The notes beneath the pieces are model-generated. The model searched no databases. It worked only from the letters and a program-made list of their open reading frames with translations, and was not told the DNA's origin. Both the position numbers and the translations under genes were made by a program. This document shows positions 26,062 to 35,539 of a stretch of DNA of 64,000 nt, piece after piece. The first letter of the stretch is position 1. Every line of letters starts with the position of its first letter. Location: contig JAKATW010000076.1 in the NCBI GenBank assembly GCA_021827945.1, positions 7,395-71,394 on the forward strand. Reading direction: 5' to 3'. This DNA comes from Thermoplasmata archaeon (GTDB taxonomy: Archaea; Thermoplasmatota; Thermoplasmata; Thermoplasmatales; GCA-001856825).

Positions 26062-26313
26062 CTATATAGAGAAATCCTCTATCTCTGCTTCCTTTCTCTT
26101 CTTCGGTATCTTTTTCGTCTTCCAATAGGTTGTCACATAACCGGCCACTAGGTTTCTCAGCTTCTTAGATGCATCTGGGATTACCTTGTCGACAATCTCC
26201 TTGTTGTGTTCGAAATCCTTGCTCAGGTGCTGTTGGTATTCTTCGTAAATCTGCCTTGCTACCGTCTTAACTAATGTTGGCCTAATGGCTCCCATTGGTC
26301 TCGATATATTCAC
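26062..26313 (-). CDS. rps17e: 30S ribosomal protein S17e
   Basis: 'MGAIRPTLVKTVARQIYEEY...KLRNLVAGYVT' is the S17e pattern. ATG 26295 is the likely start. Confidence 0.85.
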   Translation of the reverse strand: MNISRPMGAIRPTLVKTVARQIYEEYQQHLSKDFEHNKEIVDKVIPDASKKLRNLVAGYVTTYWKTKKIPKKRKEAEIEDFSI

Positions 26314-26329
26314 AAACTAATTAAATATT

Positions 26330-27382
26330 TCATTTGACATGCGCTGTGAACTCTGCTGAACCTTTCAGTACTGAATAAAGAGCCGCGTATGTTGGGAGTA
26401 CCGTGTTTCCTTCCTGAAGATCGAGCCGGGTTCCACCTAATTCCAGAGAAATATTCTTGGTAATGATAACTTCAGAGTTGTCGTCAAACGCCTTTGGAAT
26501 CGCCTCTCGGAGTGGATCAAAATCATCCACCCTGTCGTAAGGAAGGACCATTACGGTCAAGCCAGACTTTCCGTGCAGGCTTCCCGGGGTCCTGATAAGT
26601 CTGTGTATATCTATGGTCACTGGTTCATCGATCTTGGAGGAGAACCTCTTTACCGCCAATTTCCTCGCATTTCTATCGATGTAATTGTCCTTCCTGATTT
26701 CCCTTTTGTTAAGCTCGCCGGTGGTTTCACCAGTCACTTCCTCTAACTTTTGTTTCCACTTCTTATCTGTGGAATCTATGATCTGAAGCAGGGACTCCTT
26801 TACTCCGTTGATTTTATCGTCCCACTTGGTCCTGGCAGTCGACCTGAATTCCGAAGATATGCACCTACCAGAGATATAGTCAACGATTTCTCTCCGTTCC
26901 TGCGATTCAAGACCTTCAAATATGGTGTAGACATGAACGTGGTACCCCCGGCTCCCTGAGAACACAATTTCCATATTTTGTTTCCCCACACTCAAGTCGT
27001 CTGTCAAGATGACAAGAAGTTTCTTCAGCTCCTCCTTGACAACCGAGAGCATCTCTCCATAACCCATCTTCTCTGCTCCTTCTATGTGATCACCATCTAT
27101 ATCGAAGACGAGATCTGCCCCCGTCCACCTCTTGTTTTCCATCGAGGCTTCGGGGTTGTTGTAGTATGCGCTAGAATAATAGAAGTGGCTGGGTGTATTG
27201 TCCCTGACATAATCAACGAGTGCGTTCATGCTTTGAAAGGAAGTATGCCTCACCATTCCCTGCTTCCCGAATGAAGTGAAAGCCAACTCCCTCTTTTCAA
27301 TTCGCCTTATCTCGAATGAATTTACTTCCTCATAGTATCTCTTAAACAGATCCAGAACTACTCTGCCCGAGAGCTCATTCAT
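26330..27382 (-). CDS. priS: DNA primase small (catalytic) subunit PriS
   Basis: 350 aa. Contains 'ELAFT..GMVRH.SF', the catalytic 'DLVFDIDGDH', and 'SGSRGYHVHV'. Confidence 0.9.
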   Translation of the reverse strand: MNELSGRVVLDLFKRYYEEVNSFEIRRIEKRELAFTSFGKQGMVRHTSFQSMNALVDYVRDNTPSHFYYSSAYYNNPEASMENKRWTGADLVFDIDGDHIEGAEKMGYGEMLSVVKEELKKLLVILTDDLSVGKQNMEIVFSGSRGYHVHVYTIFEGLESQERREIVDYISGRCISSEFRSTARTKWDDKINGVKESLLQIIDSTDKKWKQKLEEVTGETTGELNKREIRKDNYIDRNARKLAVKRFSSKIDEPVTIDIHRLIRTPGSLHGKSGLTVMVLPYDRVDDFDPLREAIPKAFDDNSEVIITKNISLELGGTRLDLQEGNTVLPTYAALYSVLKGSAEFTAHVK

Positions 27383-27926
27383 CTTTCTTCCTGTTGAAGA
27401 TGAAATATAGGGCTACTATGGATACCACGACCCCTCCAGCGAATATCCATCCGTAAGATGATCTCACGCTCGGGTTCGTGAAACTGGTTGGAGTCGAATT
27501 TGCAAAGCCTGGAAGTGCACCAGTATTCAATTTTTCCTGATTTGTGTATCCACTGTTGGTTGCATCCAGAGGAGAAATTTTCTCGAATGCAATGGTCACA
27601 TTCTTCTGGGTCAGGTTACCAGTCGTTTCCATCGCTGCTATGAACTCCGCACCGTATGGGTTAAGGCCCGTGAGGCCATAGTCAAACAGGATATAGTCCT
27701 TCAGAGGGCTGTCGTTCCAGTCGTAGGTTGAAAAGTTCTTGCTGAATATAACCGGATAAACTGTGCTGTTCCATTCAGTGCTAGAGATTGTTATATTATA
27801 ACCCTGATAAGTCTTGTAACTGATAGTTGGAAATGTGGAGCTGGACTGCGCATAAGCCTGACTGTCAACTATGACTACACTGGCCAAGAGTACGATGATT
27901 ATAGCAGCAAAGAGCCGTCGGTTCAC
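27375..27926 (-). CDS. Secreted, C-terminally membrane-anchored protein of unknown function
   Basis: Starting from GTG 27926 gives the signal peptide 'MNRRLFAAIIIVLLASVVIVDSQAYA'. There are many N-x-S/T sequons and a C-terminal TM, 'WIFAGGVVVSIVALYFIF', followed by NRKKDE. The ORF-track start at 28016 overlaps purQ. Confidence 0.55.
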   Translation of the reverse strand: MNRRLFAAIIIVLLASVVIVDSQAYAQSSSTFPTISYKTYQGYNITISSTEWNSTVYPVIFSKNFSTYDWNDSPLKDYILFDYGLTGLNPYGAEFIAAMETTGNLTQKNVTIAFEKISPLDATNSGYTNQEKLNTGALPGFANSTPTSFTNPSVRSSYGWIFAGGVVVSIVALYFIFNRKKDE

Positions 27927-27949
27927 TGGGAGGGTTATGGCTAACTCAA

Positions 27950-28741
27950 TTAAAATTTTTCTCTTAGGAACTGCACAGCATTCATAAAGAAGGGGTAGCC
28001 CATGCCCGGTCTCCACTCGTGCCTAGTCCAATCTGATTCCGTAACGTTGTAGAAGACTCTCTCCGGATGTGGCATTATTCCGAGGACATTTCCTTCTCTG
28101 TTGCATATCCCTGCGATATTGTGTTCAGATCCGTTTGGATTCCAGGGATACCCTGACAGTCTTCCTTTGTCGTCAACGTAGGACAACACGTTCATCCCAT
28201 TCTTTATAATCTTCCTGAGCACATTGCCGTCTCTGGGGGTGAATCTTCCCTCTGAGTGTGCAATTGGAAGCTTGATTATTTCTCCGTCTCTAAATCCCCT
28301 GAGAAACAGGCAGTTCCCCCTGTTGACCCTCAGGTACACGGTTCTGGCTTCGAACCTGTTTGACATATTTGGAGCAAGTGCTGCCTCAAGCTCATACTCT
28401 TTAGTCAGGTTCGGGATTAGGGCGAGCTCTACCAGTACCTGGAATCCATTGCATGACCCCATTACTGGTTTTCCCGTTTCAACGAACTTTTCCAAGTCCT
28501 TCATAAGTCTGGACCTGATCCTTGCCGCCATTACAGCTCCTGCTCTGACATAATCGCCTGCAGAAAAACCCCCGGGGAAGAATATTATGTCATAACTCCC
28601 AAGCTTCTTGGTTCCATTCTCCAACTTCTTAAGGTGAACGATTTCGGGAGACGAGTCCGAGTGCTTGAATGAAAGATATGCCTCCTCTTCGTTGTTTGTT
28701 CCCTCCATTGTGAGTATTGCAACCTTTACATCTCTGTTCAA
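27950..28741 (-). CDS. purQ: Phosphoribosylformylglycinamidine synthase, glutaminase subunit
   Basis: 263 aa. Contains 'VAILTMEGTNNEEE', the catalytic Cys in 'GSCNGFQ', and 'MPHPER'. Confidence 0.9.
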   Translation of the reverse strand: MNRDVKVAILTMEGTNNEEEAYLSFKHSDSSPEIVHLKKLENGTKKLGSYDIIFFPGGFSAGDYVRAGAVMAARIRSRLMKDLEKFVETGKPVMGSCNGFQVLVELALIPNLTKEYELEAALAPNMSNRFEARTVYLRVNRGNCLFLRGFRDGEIIKLPIAHSEGRFTPRDGNVLRKIIKNGMNVLSYVDDKGRLSGYPWNPNGSEHNIAGICNREGNVLGIMPHPERVFYNVTESDWTRHEWRPGMGYPFFMNAVQFLREKF

Positions 28742-31002
28742 CTGTATCCCCTCTTCCAGTTTCTGAGTATTGACTGCAAATCAATGAGTAAAACTCTCTC
28801 TTCGCCTCTCCTAACGATTAATTCTGATTCCTGAGTGTAGCCAATGACTACAGAATCATCCCCGAGATGATCCGTGAATTGTTTTTCTTTACCCTTCCTT
28901 ACTTCAACTACCCAGCTTGATTGGGGCTCAGAGAACAACGCAAAATCGGTTCTGAGTCCGAGAGGAGAAACATCCAGGCTTGCCCCGATTTTAGACCCTA
29001 TCGTCATCTCCGAAACAGTCGTCGCTAATCCGCCATCCGAAATATCGTGTATAGATGCAACCTCACCAGACTTAATTGCCTTAAGAAGGTTCCATCCTCT
29101 TCTCTTAAGGACTCTTGGATCCGAATATGGAACGCGCCCCCCTTCCAGTTTCAGGTGCCTGTAGTAGAGAGAACCTCCAAGGTCTGTCGTAGGAACTCCC
29201 ACTAGAAATAGAGCATTCCCGATGCCTTTGAAATCCGGGGTTATCGAAGAGCTTATGTCCTCCACCTTCCCAACGCCGAGAACTGTGGGGAAGGTTGGTA
29301 TTCTCCTATTGCCCGTCTCATTATAGAACGAAACATTTCCTGAAACGAACGGAATATTCAGGGAGAAAGCTGAATCATGAAGCCCCTTCGTCATTGAGAC
29401 AAATTCACCCATTATCTCAGGATTTTCAGGGTTTCCAGAGTTGAGGCAATCAGAAAACCCAAGTGGCTCTGCTCCCGCAGAAATGAGGTTTCTCACGGTT
29501 TCGTCTATAGCTGCCATTCCTCCAAGATACGGGTCAACTTCAGAATAAAATGGGTTTGAACCATGAGCTATTGCTACCCCACTGGACTTGTTCCAGTCCG
29601 GTCTTATGACAGAAGCATCGGAGGGGCCTTCTCTCCCAACTATCCCGGTAAATGGACCGATTACGGTGCTCCCTCTCACCGTATGGTCGTACTGCCTGAC
29701 GGCAAATTCCTTAGTTCTTACATTCTTGTCTGATAGAGATGAGACCAGCAGCTTTTTGAAATCCGTAGGGTATTTCGGCAACCACTGTACAACTCTTCTT
29801 TCTGCTACGGACCTAGGTCTATCGTAGAGCTTGGGTGAGGTCATGAATTCAGTTACCAGGTTTAATACCTCTAGCCCCTCATAGAAAATCTGAAGTCTTT
29901 TCCCCTCCACGCTCTCACCGATGACGGAGGATGTGATGTCCCAGTTGTCCATTATTTCAGTGACACTGTTGACATTTTCTTTCCGAACAGCAAGTAGCAT
30001 CCTTTCCTGGCTTTCTGAAATCCAGATCTCCCAAGGTCGCATGCTCTTCTCTTTCAGTGGTACCTTCTCCAAATCCACCCTTCCCCCTATACCACCAGCT
30101 TCAAGCATCTCACCAACTACGCTGCTCAACCCCCCTCCGCCCAGGTCCTTCAGTGCATACAACAGACCCTTCTCGTTTGCTTCAAGTACCGCATGTATGA
30201 GGGGTTCCTTCGTTATAGGACTTCCAAGCTGGACCGTAGTTATGTCATCCTCTCCGCTCCCCATCACGGCAGAAGCCATATTAACTCCGTGGATTCCGTC
30301 CCTGCCGGTCTTCCCTCCCGCGATTATCAAGATGATGCCTGGTTCAGATATGGCCGAAGACATGACTTTCTTCTTGTTGACAGTCCCCACGCAACCAACA
30401 TTTACAAGCACATTAGGGGAGAAGTGTTCTGAGTAGACGATTCCACCAGAAACAGTTGGTATTCCTACTCGGTTGCCGTAATCTCTGATTCCAGCTATCA
30501 CGCCATCCTCGATGAATTTCGGCGAGGGGAAGCCCTTTACTGTCTTCGTCCCGAAATATAGAGCGTCTGTTACCGCTATGGGCTGTGCTCCCATGCTGAG
30601 TATATCCCTGAGTATGCCGCCTACACCGGTTGCTGCTCCACCATACGGTTCAATAGCGGAAGGATGATTATGGCTTTCCATCTTGAATGCAATAGCCGTA
30701 TCATCGTCCAGGGATACCAGACCGGCATCTCCTTGAGCCACGACCTTTTCTTTTGCAATTCCAAAAATGTACTTCTTCAAGTGAATCTTTGAACTCTTGT
30801 AACTGCAGTGTTCACTCCACGCTTGGGCAATCGCCTGTACTTCAACATCAGTGGGATTTCTTTTCTCGTTCTCAAAATATGATTTAATCATCAGCATCTC
30901 GTCAGAGGAAAGCCCTAGATGCAAACTCTTTGAGATTTCCAGAAGTTCATCTCTTGTCTTATTCAGGACCGGAATTTCCGTTGAAGCTTTCGGTTCAGTC
31001 AT
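28738..31002 (-). CDS. purL: Phosphoribosylformylglycinamidine synthase subunit PurL
   Basis: About 754 aa from ATG 31002. Contains 'ESHNHPSAIEPYGGAATG' and 'DCLNSGNPE'. It overlaps purS and purQ by a few nt. Confidence 0.95.
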   Translation of the reverse strand: MTEPKASTEIPVLNKTRDELLEISKSLHLGLSSDEMLMIKSYFENEKRNPTDVEVQAIAQAWSEHCSYKSSKIHLKKYIFGIAKEKVVAQGDAGLVSLDDDTAIAFKMESHNHPSAIEPYGGAATGVGGILRDILSMGAQPIAVTDALYFGTKTVKGFPSPKFIEDGVIAGIRDYGNRVGIPTVSGGIVYSEHFSPNVLVNVGCVGTVNKKKVMSSAISEPGIILIIAGGKTGRDGIHGVNMASAVMGSGEDDITTVQLGSPITKEPLIHAVLEANEKGLLYALKDLGGGGLSSVVGEMLEAGGIGGRVDLEKVPLKEKSMRPWEIWISESQERMLLAVRKENVNSVTEIMDNWDITSSVIGESVEGKRLQIFYEGLEVLNLVTEFMTSPKLYDRPRSVAERRVVQWLPKYPTDFKKLLVSSLSDKNVRTKEFAVRQYDHTVRGSTVIGPFTGIVGREGPSDASVIRPDWNKSSGVAIAHGSNPFYSEVDPYLGGMAAIDETVRNLISAGAEPLGFSDCLNSGNPENPEIMGEFVSMTKGLHDSAFSLNIPFVSGNVSFYNETGNRRIPTFPTVLGVGKVEDISSSITPDFKGIGNALFLVGVPTTDLGGSLYYRHLKLEGGRVPYSDPRVLKRRGWNLLKAIKSGEVASIHDISDGGLATTVSEMTIGSKIGASLDVSPLGLRTDFALFSEPQSSWVVEVRKGKEKQFTDHLGDDSVVIGYTQESELIVRRGEERVLLIDLQSILRNWKRGYS

Positions 31003-31258
31003 CAACCACACACTCATTGATAACGGGATTTGCAAGGAGCTTTTCACAGAACTCCTTCCCCGCCTTCTTGCTACCCTTTGTAAGTGTTATGAAATAGACC
31101 TTTCCCGACCTTACTTCCCTAACGTTGTCATAGCCAAGGAGTCTCAGGGCCTTTAGAACGGAACTACCCTCCGAATCCTCGACCGCCTTCTTGAGCGTTA
31201 CAGTGATCCGAAGTACCACCATAGTTGCAGATATATTCTTGATAGATAAACTTGCCAA
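30995..31258 (-). CDS. purS: Phosphoribosylformylglycinamidine synthase subunit PurS
   Basis: 87 aa or shorter. 'ITVTLKKAVEDSEGSSVLKALRLLGYDNVREVRSGKVYFITL' is PurS-like. Confidence 0.85.
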   Translation of the reverse strand: MASLSIKNISATMVVLRITVTLKKAVEDSEGSSVLKALRLLGYDNVREVRSGKVYFITLTKGSKKAGKEFCEKLLANPVINECVVDD

Positions 31259-33229
31259 TCAACTGTATTTAATCACCAGGTCCATGAATATGTCTGAAAC
31301 GTCCTCGCACTTATCCGTAACGGATTCCATGTACTCGTATATCTCCTTGAGCTTGAGGAGCTTGATGGCGTCGTTCATTGCGAAAATCTGGTTGTAAGAG
31401 TCCTCGAGCATATCATCCGCTTTGTTCTCAAGCTCGTTTATTCTGACCGTTTCCTTCAGAATATCAGCCATGTCACTGTTCGTGAAATTTCCGAGCATGT
31501 TGAGCGCCTTGTTTACTTCGATTACCGCTTCAAGTATTATAGAACTAAACTCATCCATTACTTTCGTCTTTTCTACTTTGAAGAGCGAGATTCTTTTTGC
31601 CACCGCATTTATGAAATCAAGAATATCGTCGTACTTTGTAGCAAGATTTCCTACGTCAACTGATTCAAGTGGTTTCTGCATGTGATTGACCTTGGTATAT
31701 ATTTCATGAACTATACCATCTGCCTCATGTTCAATTCTCCTTATCCGCTCCGCTCTCTCGTGAAGGTTATCATACTTCGAAGTCATCTCCACCAGCTCGT
31801 TGGCCCCTTCGGTCACTTTCTCACCGAGTTTTTCAAGGTATTTTGAAAATTCCAGGAACACAATAGAAGAATCTTCGAGGGACAGACCCTTCGCCTCAGT
31901 TCCCAGCATCCAGGTAAACAGTGCCCCGAGGAGCATGAATACGAACACCAGAATGAATAGATTATTCCACCCGTAGTATAATTCAAATACGGGGAACATC
32001 AGTGTACCGAAGACTGCACCGAGCCTGCTGAATGCTGATGACGTACCCTGTGCAGTTGCCCTCAGTCGAGTCGGGAAAATTTCAGTGGGCACTATCCACG
32101 TGGTCAGGTTTGGTCCCACATTTTCGAAGAACTGGTATGCAGCAAGGACTATCATCATTACGTAGATTCCATGACCAAACGTTAAAGCGAAGATCAAGGC
32201 ACCGACAGCCATTCCCAGAAATCCGATCTCCTGCAATCTCAACCTTCCCAGTTTTTCTATGACCATTAAAGCCACGAAGAAACCCACCATAACAACGACA
32301 TCAAGCACAATCGTTCCAAGGATGGCATGCACCTTGTCCTGTATGCTGGTTCCCCCAAATCCTACTTTTTCAAGTATGAGAGGTATTGAAATACCAACTC
32401 CATATACTCCGATGTCCATGAAAAACCAAGGAATCCAAGCGAACATCGTCCTTTTTCTGTATGCACTGTTAAATAACTCTGAAACTTTGCCTCTGCGTTC
32501 TGGTTCCACAGACGCAAGGTCTTTGCTGTAATCGAGACCGTACTTGTCCCTGATCTGTTCGATTATCTCATTTGCCTGCTTGACCTTGCTATTCGCAAGG
32601 AGCCATCTTGGGGACTCAGGCATGGTGTGTCTCAAGAACAGGACAGCTATTGCCGGTACTACTCCGGAAGCTAGCATTATTCTCCATGTAGCTACTTGCA
32701 TTCCGAAAAGATTCACATATTCAAATCTACCAACTGTGAATCCTACCACCGCAGCAATTAACGAACCGATGCCCCAGAACATGAAAGTTCTCGTTACCAG
32801 TCTTCCCCTTTGTTGTTTTGGAGAAAATTCAGCTACGTAAGTAGAAGATATCGGATAGTCCGCGCCAATTCCAATTCCCAGTAGCAATCTGAAAACTATG
32901 AGCTCGTTTATATTCGTGGCGAGCGCTGTTAGAAATCCAAAAAACACGAAGAAAATTAGGTCTATAACGTACAAAGTTCTCCTTCCCACCCTGTCTGCGA
33001 ATCTGCCTAGAAAGAGGGCACCAAAGAACATTCCGATGAGGGCTGAAGACTGCAAAAGACCTAGCTGAATTGCCCCAAGAGTTGAGGGAGCGAGCCAGTT
33101 TTGAGATTCTACATAAATGAGGGCGACTGATATGATAAACAGATCATATCCATCCAAGAAGACACCGGCAGCAGATAACGAGACAACCTTTCTCAGAAAT
33201 CTGTTTTGCTTTTTAACGACCTCATCCAT
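31259..33229 (-). CDS. MFS (sugar-porter/phosphate:H+ symporter-like) transporter fused to a C-terminal DUF47/PhoU-like domain
   Basis: 656 aa. MFS motifs are 'GRFADRVGRRTLYV' and 'PESPRWL'. The last ~196 aa (31262-31849), 'RIRRIEHEADGIVHEI...NELENKADDMLE', form a two-repeat helical DUF47/PhoU-like domain. Confidence 0.8.
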   Translation of the reverse strand: MDEVVKKQNRFLRKVVSLSAAGVFLDGYDLFIISVALIYVESQNWLAPSTLGAIQLGLLQSSALIGMFFGALFLGRFADRVGRRTLYVIDLIFFVFFGFLTALATNINELIVFRLLLGIGIGADYPISSTYVAEFSPKQQRGRLVTRTFMFWGIGSLIAAVVGFTVGRFEYVNLFGMQVATWRIMLASGVVPAIAVLFLRHTMPESPRWLLANSKVKQANEIIEQIRDKYGLDYSKDLASVEPERRGKVSELFNSAYRKRTMFAWIPWFFMDIGVYGVGISIPLILEKVGFGGTSIQDKVHAILGTIVLDVVVMVGFFVALMVIEKLGRLRLQEIGFLGMAVGALIFALTFGHGIYVMMIVLAAYQFFENVGPNLTTWIVPTEIFPTRLRATAQGTSSAFSRLGAVFGTLMFPVFELYYGWNNLFILVFVFMLLGALFTWMLGTEAKGLSLEDSSIVFLEFSKYLEKLGEKVTEGANELVEMTSKYDNLHERAERIRRIEHEADGIVHEIYTKVNHMQKPLESVDVGNLATKYDDILDFINAVAKRISLFKVEKTKVMDEFSSIILEAVIEVNKALNMLGNFTNSDMADILKETVRINELENKADDMLEDSYNQIFAMNDAIKLLKLKEIYEYMESVTDKCEDVSDIFMDLVIKYS

Positions 33230-33251
33230 TTGTTAGCAAATTACCGCGTAT

Positions 33252-33264
33252 CATAATTAAATTA
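33252..33264 (-). promoter_or_regulatory. Candidate TATA element (palindromic ATAATTAAATTAT) for the MFS-DUF47 gene
   Basis: It is centred about 29 nt upstream of ATG 33229, consistent with a leaderless transcript. Confidence 0.35.
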
Positions 33265-33397
33265 TCATGTACGGATAACGACAGACATAGACTGTCGCTA
33301 TTGTCTACCATTTTCTCTCAGTGTAATGCAATGGATAGACATATTCCATTTTGGTCGAGATTGATGTCAGAACAGCATATTATCAGTGAAATCAGGA

Positions 33398-35203
33398 TTA
33401 CTTCTTCGAAGTGAATTCCTGGTGAGCCCGGTAAATTCCATTCAGTGTTACCAACCCAACCACTTCTCCGCTATTTCTGCTGATGATTGGGATGTGAGAA
33501 ATGTTATTCACTGAAAGTTTGCGCATAATTTCCAGAAGATTATCGTCCGAGTAACCATAAACTACGTTCTTTGTCATTACGTGAGAGACTGATTCCATGT
33601 CTTGGTGAATTAGCCTCACCTGTATCAGGTCTGACTTAGTCACAATCCCGACAAGTCTTCCATTGTCCGTCACTGGAATTCCAGTAGTGGTACCATCTTC
33701 CATTAGCTTGAGAGCATCAGCCACAGTTGTTGATGGGTCTATAGTTACAGGCACACCAACCATTGCATCCCTTGCGGTAAGGGATGTGAGAACCGGAATA
33801 TTGTATTCCCCCCTGTGTGCCGGTGATTCAGACCTGTTCCTTACTTGGCTCCTATAGATCGAAGACTTGTAACCGACTATGTAGTACGAAATTACGACAG
33901 CAATCATCGCAGGTACCATAACCTCGAGACTTCCTGTCATCTCACTTACCATCAGAATGACTGCGATAGGAGCTCTTCCAACGCCCGCAAACATTGCCAT
34001 CATTCCGACCAAGACGAAAGGGGCTGGCGACAGAATTAAAGTTGGATTTATAACATGTATTCCAGTCCACATCGCAGCCCCTGCAAAGCCACCGATAACC
34101 AGAGAAGGTGCGAATACTCCTGCGCTTCCACCGGAGCTAATAGTAAACGAAGTTGCAACGATTTTAGCAAATACGAGCAGGATAAGTGCAACCAATATCG
34201 GAACTACAAAATAGACAGGTTCCATTGAATCAAGGTTGCCATTCATCAGGTACTGAAGATAGCCGTAACTCATTCCAACTGTTTGAGGGAAGAACATTGC
34301 CACTGTTCCTGCTACCGCGCCACCAATCATTGGCTTAAGAAACTTTTTAACTTTTAGTCTGGAAAAGAGGCCCTTTATCCAGTAGAAAAACGATGAATAG
34401 AACTTTCCAACAATTCCACTTATTATGCCTAGGAGTGCGTAAAGTAGCAGGTTCAGCGGGTGATTAAAAGTGTACGGCACAGATAGGCTGAACATCGGGG
34501 AGAAATTGGTAAAGGACGCAAAAATAACATAACCAACTGGAGAAGCAATGAATGCGGGTATGAGAGCCTCCACTTCCATGTCTCCACCGCTATAGAGAAT
34601 CTCGGCGCTCAGGATTGCACCGGCGAACGGAGACCTGAAGATGGCCCCGATTCCGGCTCCAATACCTGCAGCAACGGCAATTCTCCTATCTTTATTTGAC
34701 ATACCAAAAACAGTTCCCAAATATGAGCCGAAGCCTGCAGAGATTTGAGCTGTTGGGCCTTCTCTTCCTCCACTCCCTCCCGAACCGATCGTGATTGCGG
34801 ATGCGATCATCTTCACAATTGGAACGCGCTTTCTTATCACTCCATTCTTGTTGTGGAACGCGTCAATAGCGGCATCAGTCCCGTGGCCCTCGGCCTCTGG
34901 AGCAAGATAAAAGATAATAAGACCTGTTATCAGGCCACCCAAAGCCAAGGAAATTGGAAGGAGAAAGTAATGGGGAGAAATTGATAGTGGAGAAGATATT
35001 TCACCAGCCGGATTCGGCGGATAGAAACCGGTCAATCGACCAAGGAAGTTGTCGGTCGTAAACTGAATGAGATAGTAAAAGGCTGCAGCTCCAAAACCTG
35101 CAACTCCTCCAATGAGAATTCCAACTATGGCCCACTTGCCAAGATAGCTTGAATTTATTAGATGTTTAATAGATGGAATTCGTTTACCCTGATCCGGATC
35201 CAT
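33398..35203 (-). CDS. ClC chloride channel / H+:Cl- antiporter with two C-terminal CBS domains
   Basis: 601 aa. Contains 'GSGGSGGREGP', 'GVFAPSLVIGG' and a C-terminal CBS pair ('GIPVTDNGRLVGIVT', 'HIPIISRNSGEVVGLVT'). Confidence 0.9.
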   Translation of the reverse strand: MDPDQGKRIPSIKHLINSSYLGKWAIVGILIGGVAGFGAAAFYYLIQFTTDNFLGRLTGFYPPNPAGEISSPLSISPHYFLLPISLALGGLITGLIIFYLAPEAEGHGTDAAIDAFHNKNGVIRKRVPIVKMIASAITIGSGGSGGREGPTAQISAGFGSYLGTVFGMSNKDRRIAVAAGIGAGIGAIFRSPFAGAILSAEILYSGGDMEVEALIPAFIASPVGYVIFASFTNFSPMFSLSVPYTFNHPLNLLLYALLGIISGIVGKFYSSFFYWIKGLFSRLKVKKFLKPMIGGAVAGTVAMFFPQTVGMSYGYLQYLMNGNLDSMEPVYFVVPILVALILLVFAKIVATSFTISSGGSAGVFAPSLVIGGFAGAAMWTGIHVINPTLILSPAPFVLVGMMAMFAGVGRAPIAVILMVSEMTGSLEVMVPAMIAVVISYYIVGYKSSIYRSQVRNRSESPAHRGEYNIPVLTSLTARDAMVGVPVTIDPSTTVADALKLMEDGTTTGIPVTDNGRLVGIVTKSDLIQVRLIHQDMESVSHVMTKNVVYGYSDDNLLEIMRKLSVNNISHIPIISRNSGEVVGLVTLNGIYRAHQEFTSKK

Positions 35204-35539
35204 TCCTGTTATTCGGAGAATGAATGGTCCTATTTAATGCTGTTCTGTTAAAATAAGAAGTTGGAGCAGAACTGCGTTTGCTTATATATCCTAAGCGACC
35301 GAATTGGGTGAACAGAGAAGTTAAATGATTCGTTATGACCGTAAAACTGGGGCCTTGAGAGACATAGACAAAAGAAACTTAATCTTTTAGGACTATCTGT
35401 AATAATTATAATAGGTCACAACTTCCTGACGAAATTGAAAAATAGATAGTTATTTAGCAAACTTAAATTCGACGGTATTTAAATAATAGTGAAAATAAAT
35501 AAATAGAGGTACCATCATACTCACGTTCGAGGTGTTTAT

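Noticed and set aside
35204-35330. Fluoride (crcB-motif) riboswitch upstream of the ClC gene.
   Set aside because: The leader shows only a simple GTTCTG...CAGAAC hairpin and none of the conserved crcB-motif segments. The channel carries CBS domains, so it is not the ClC-F type.
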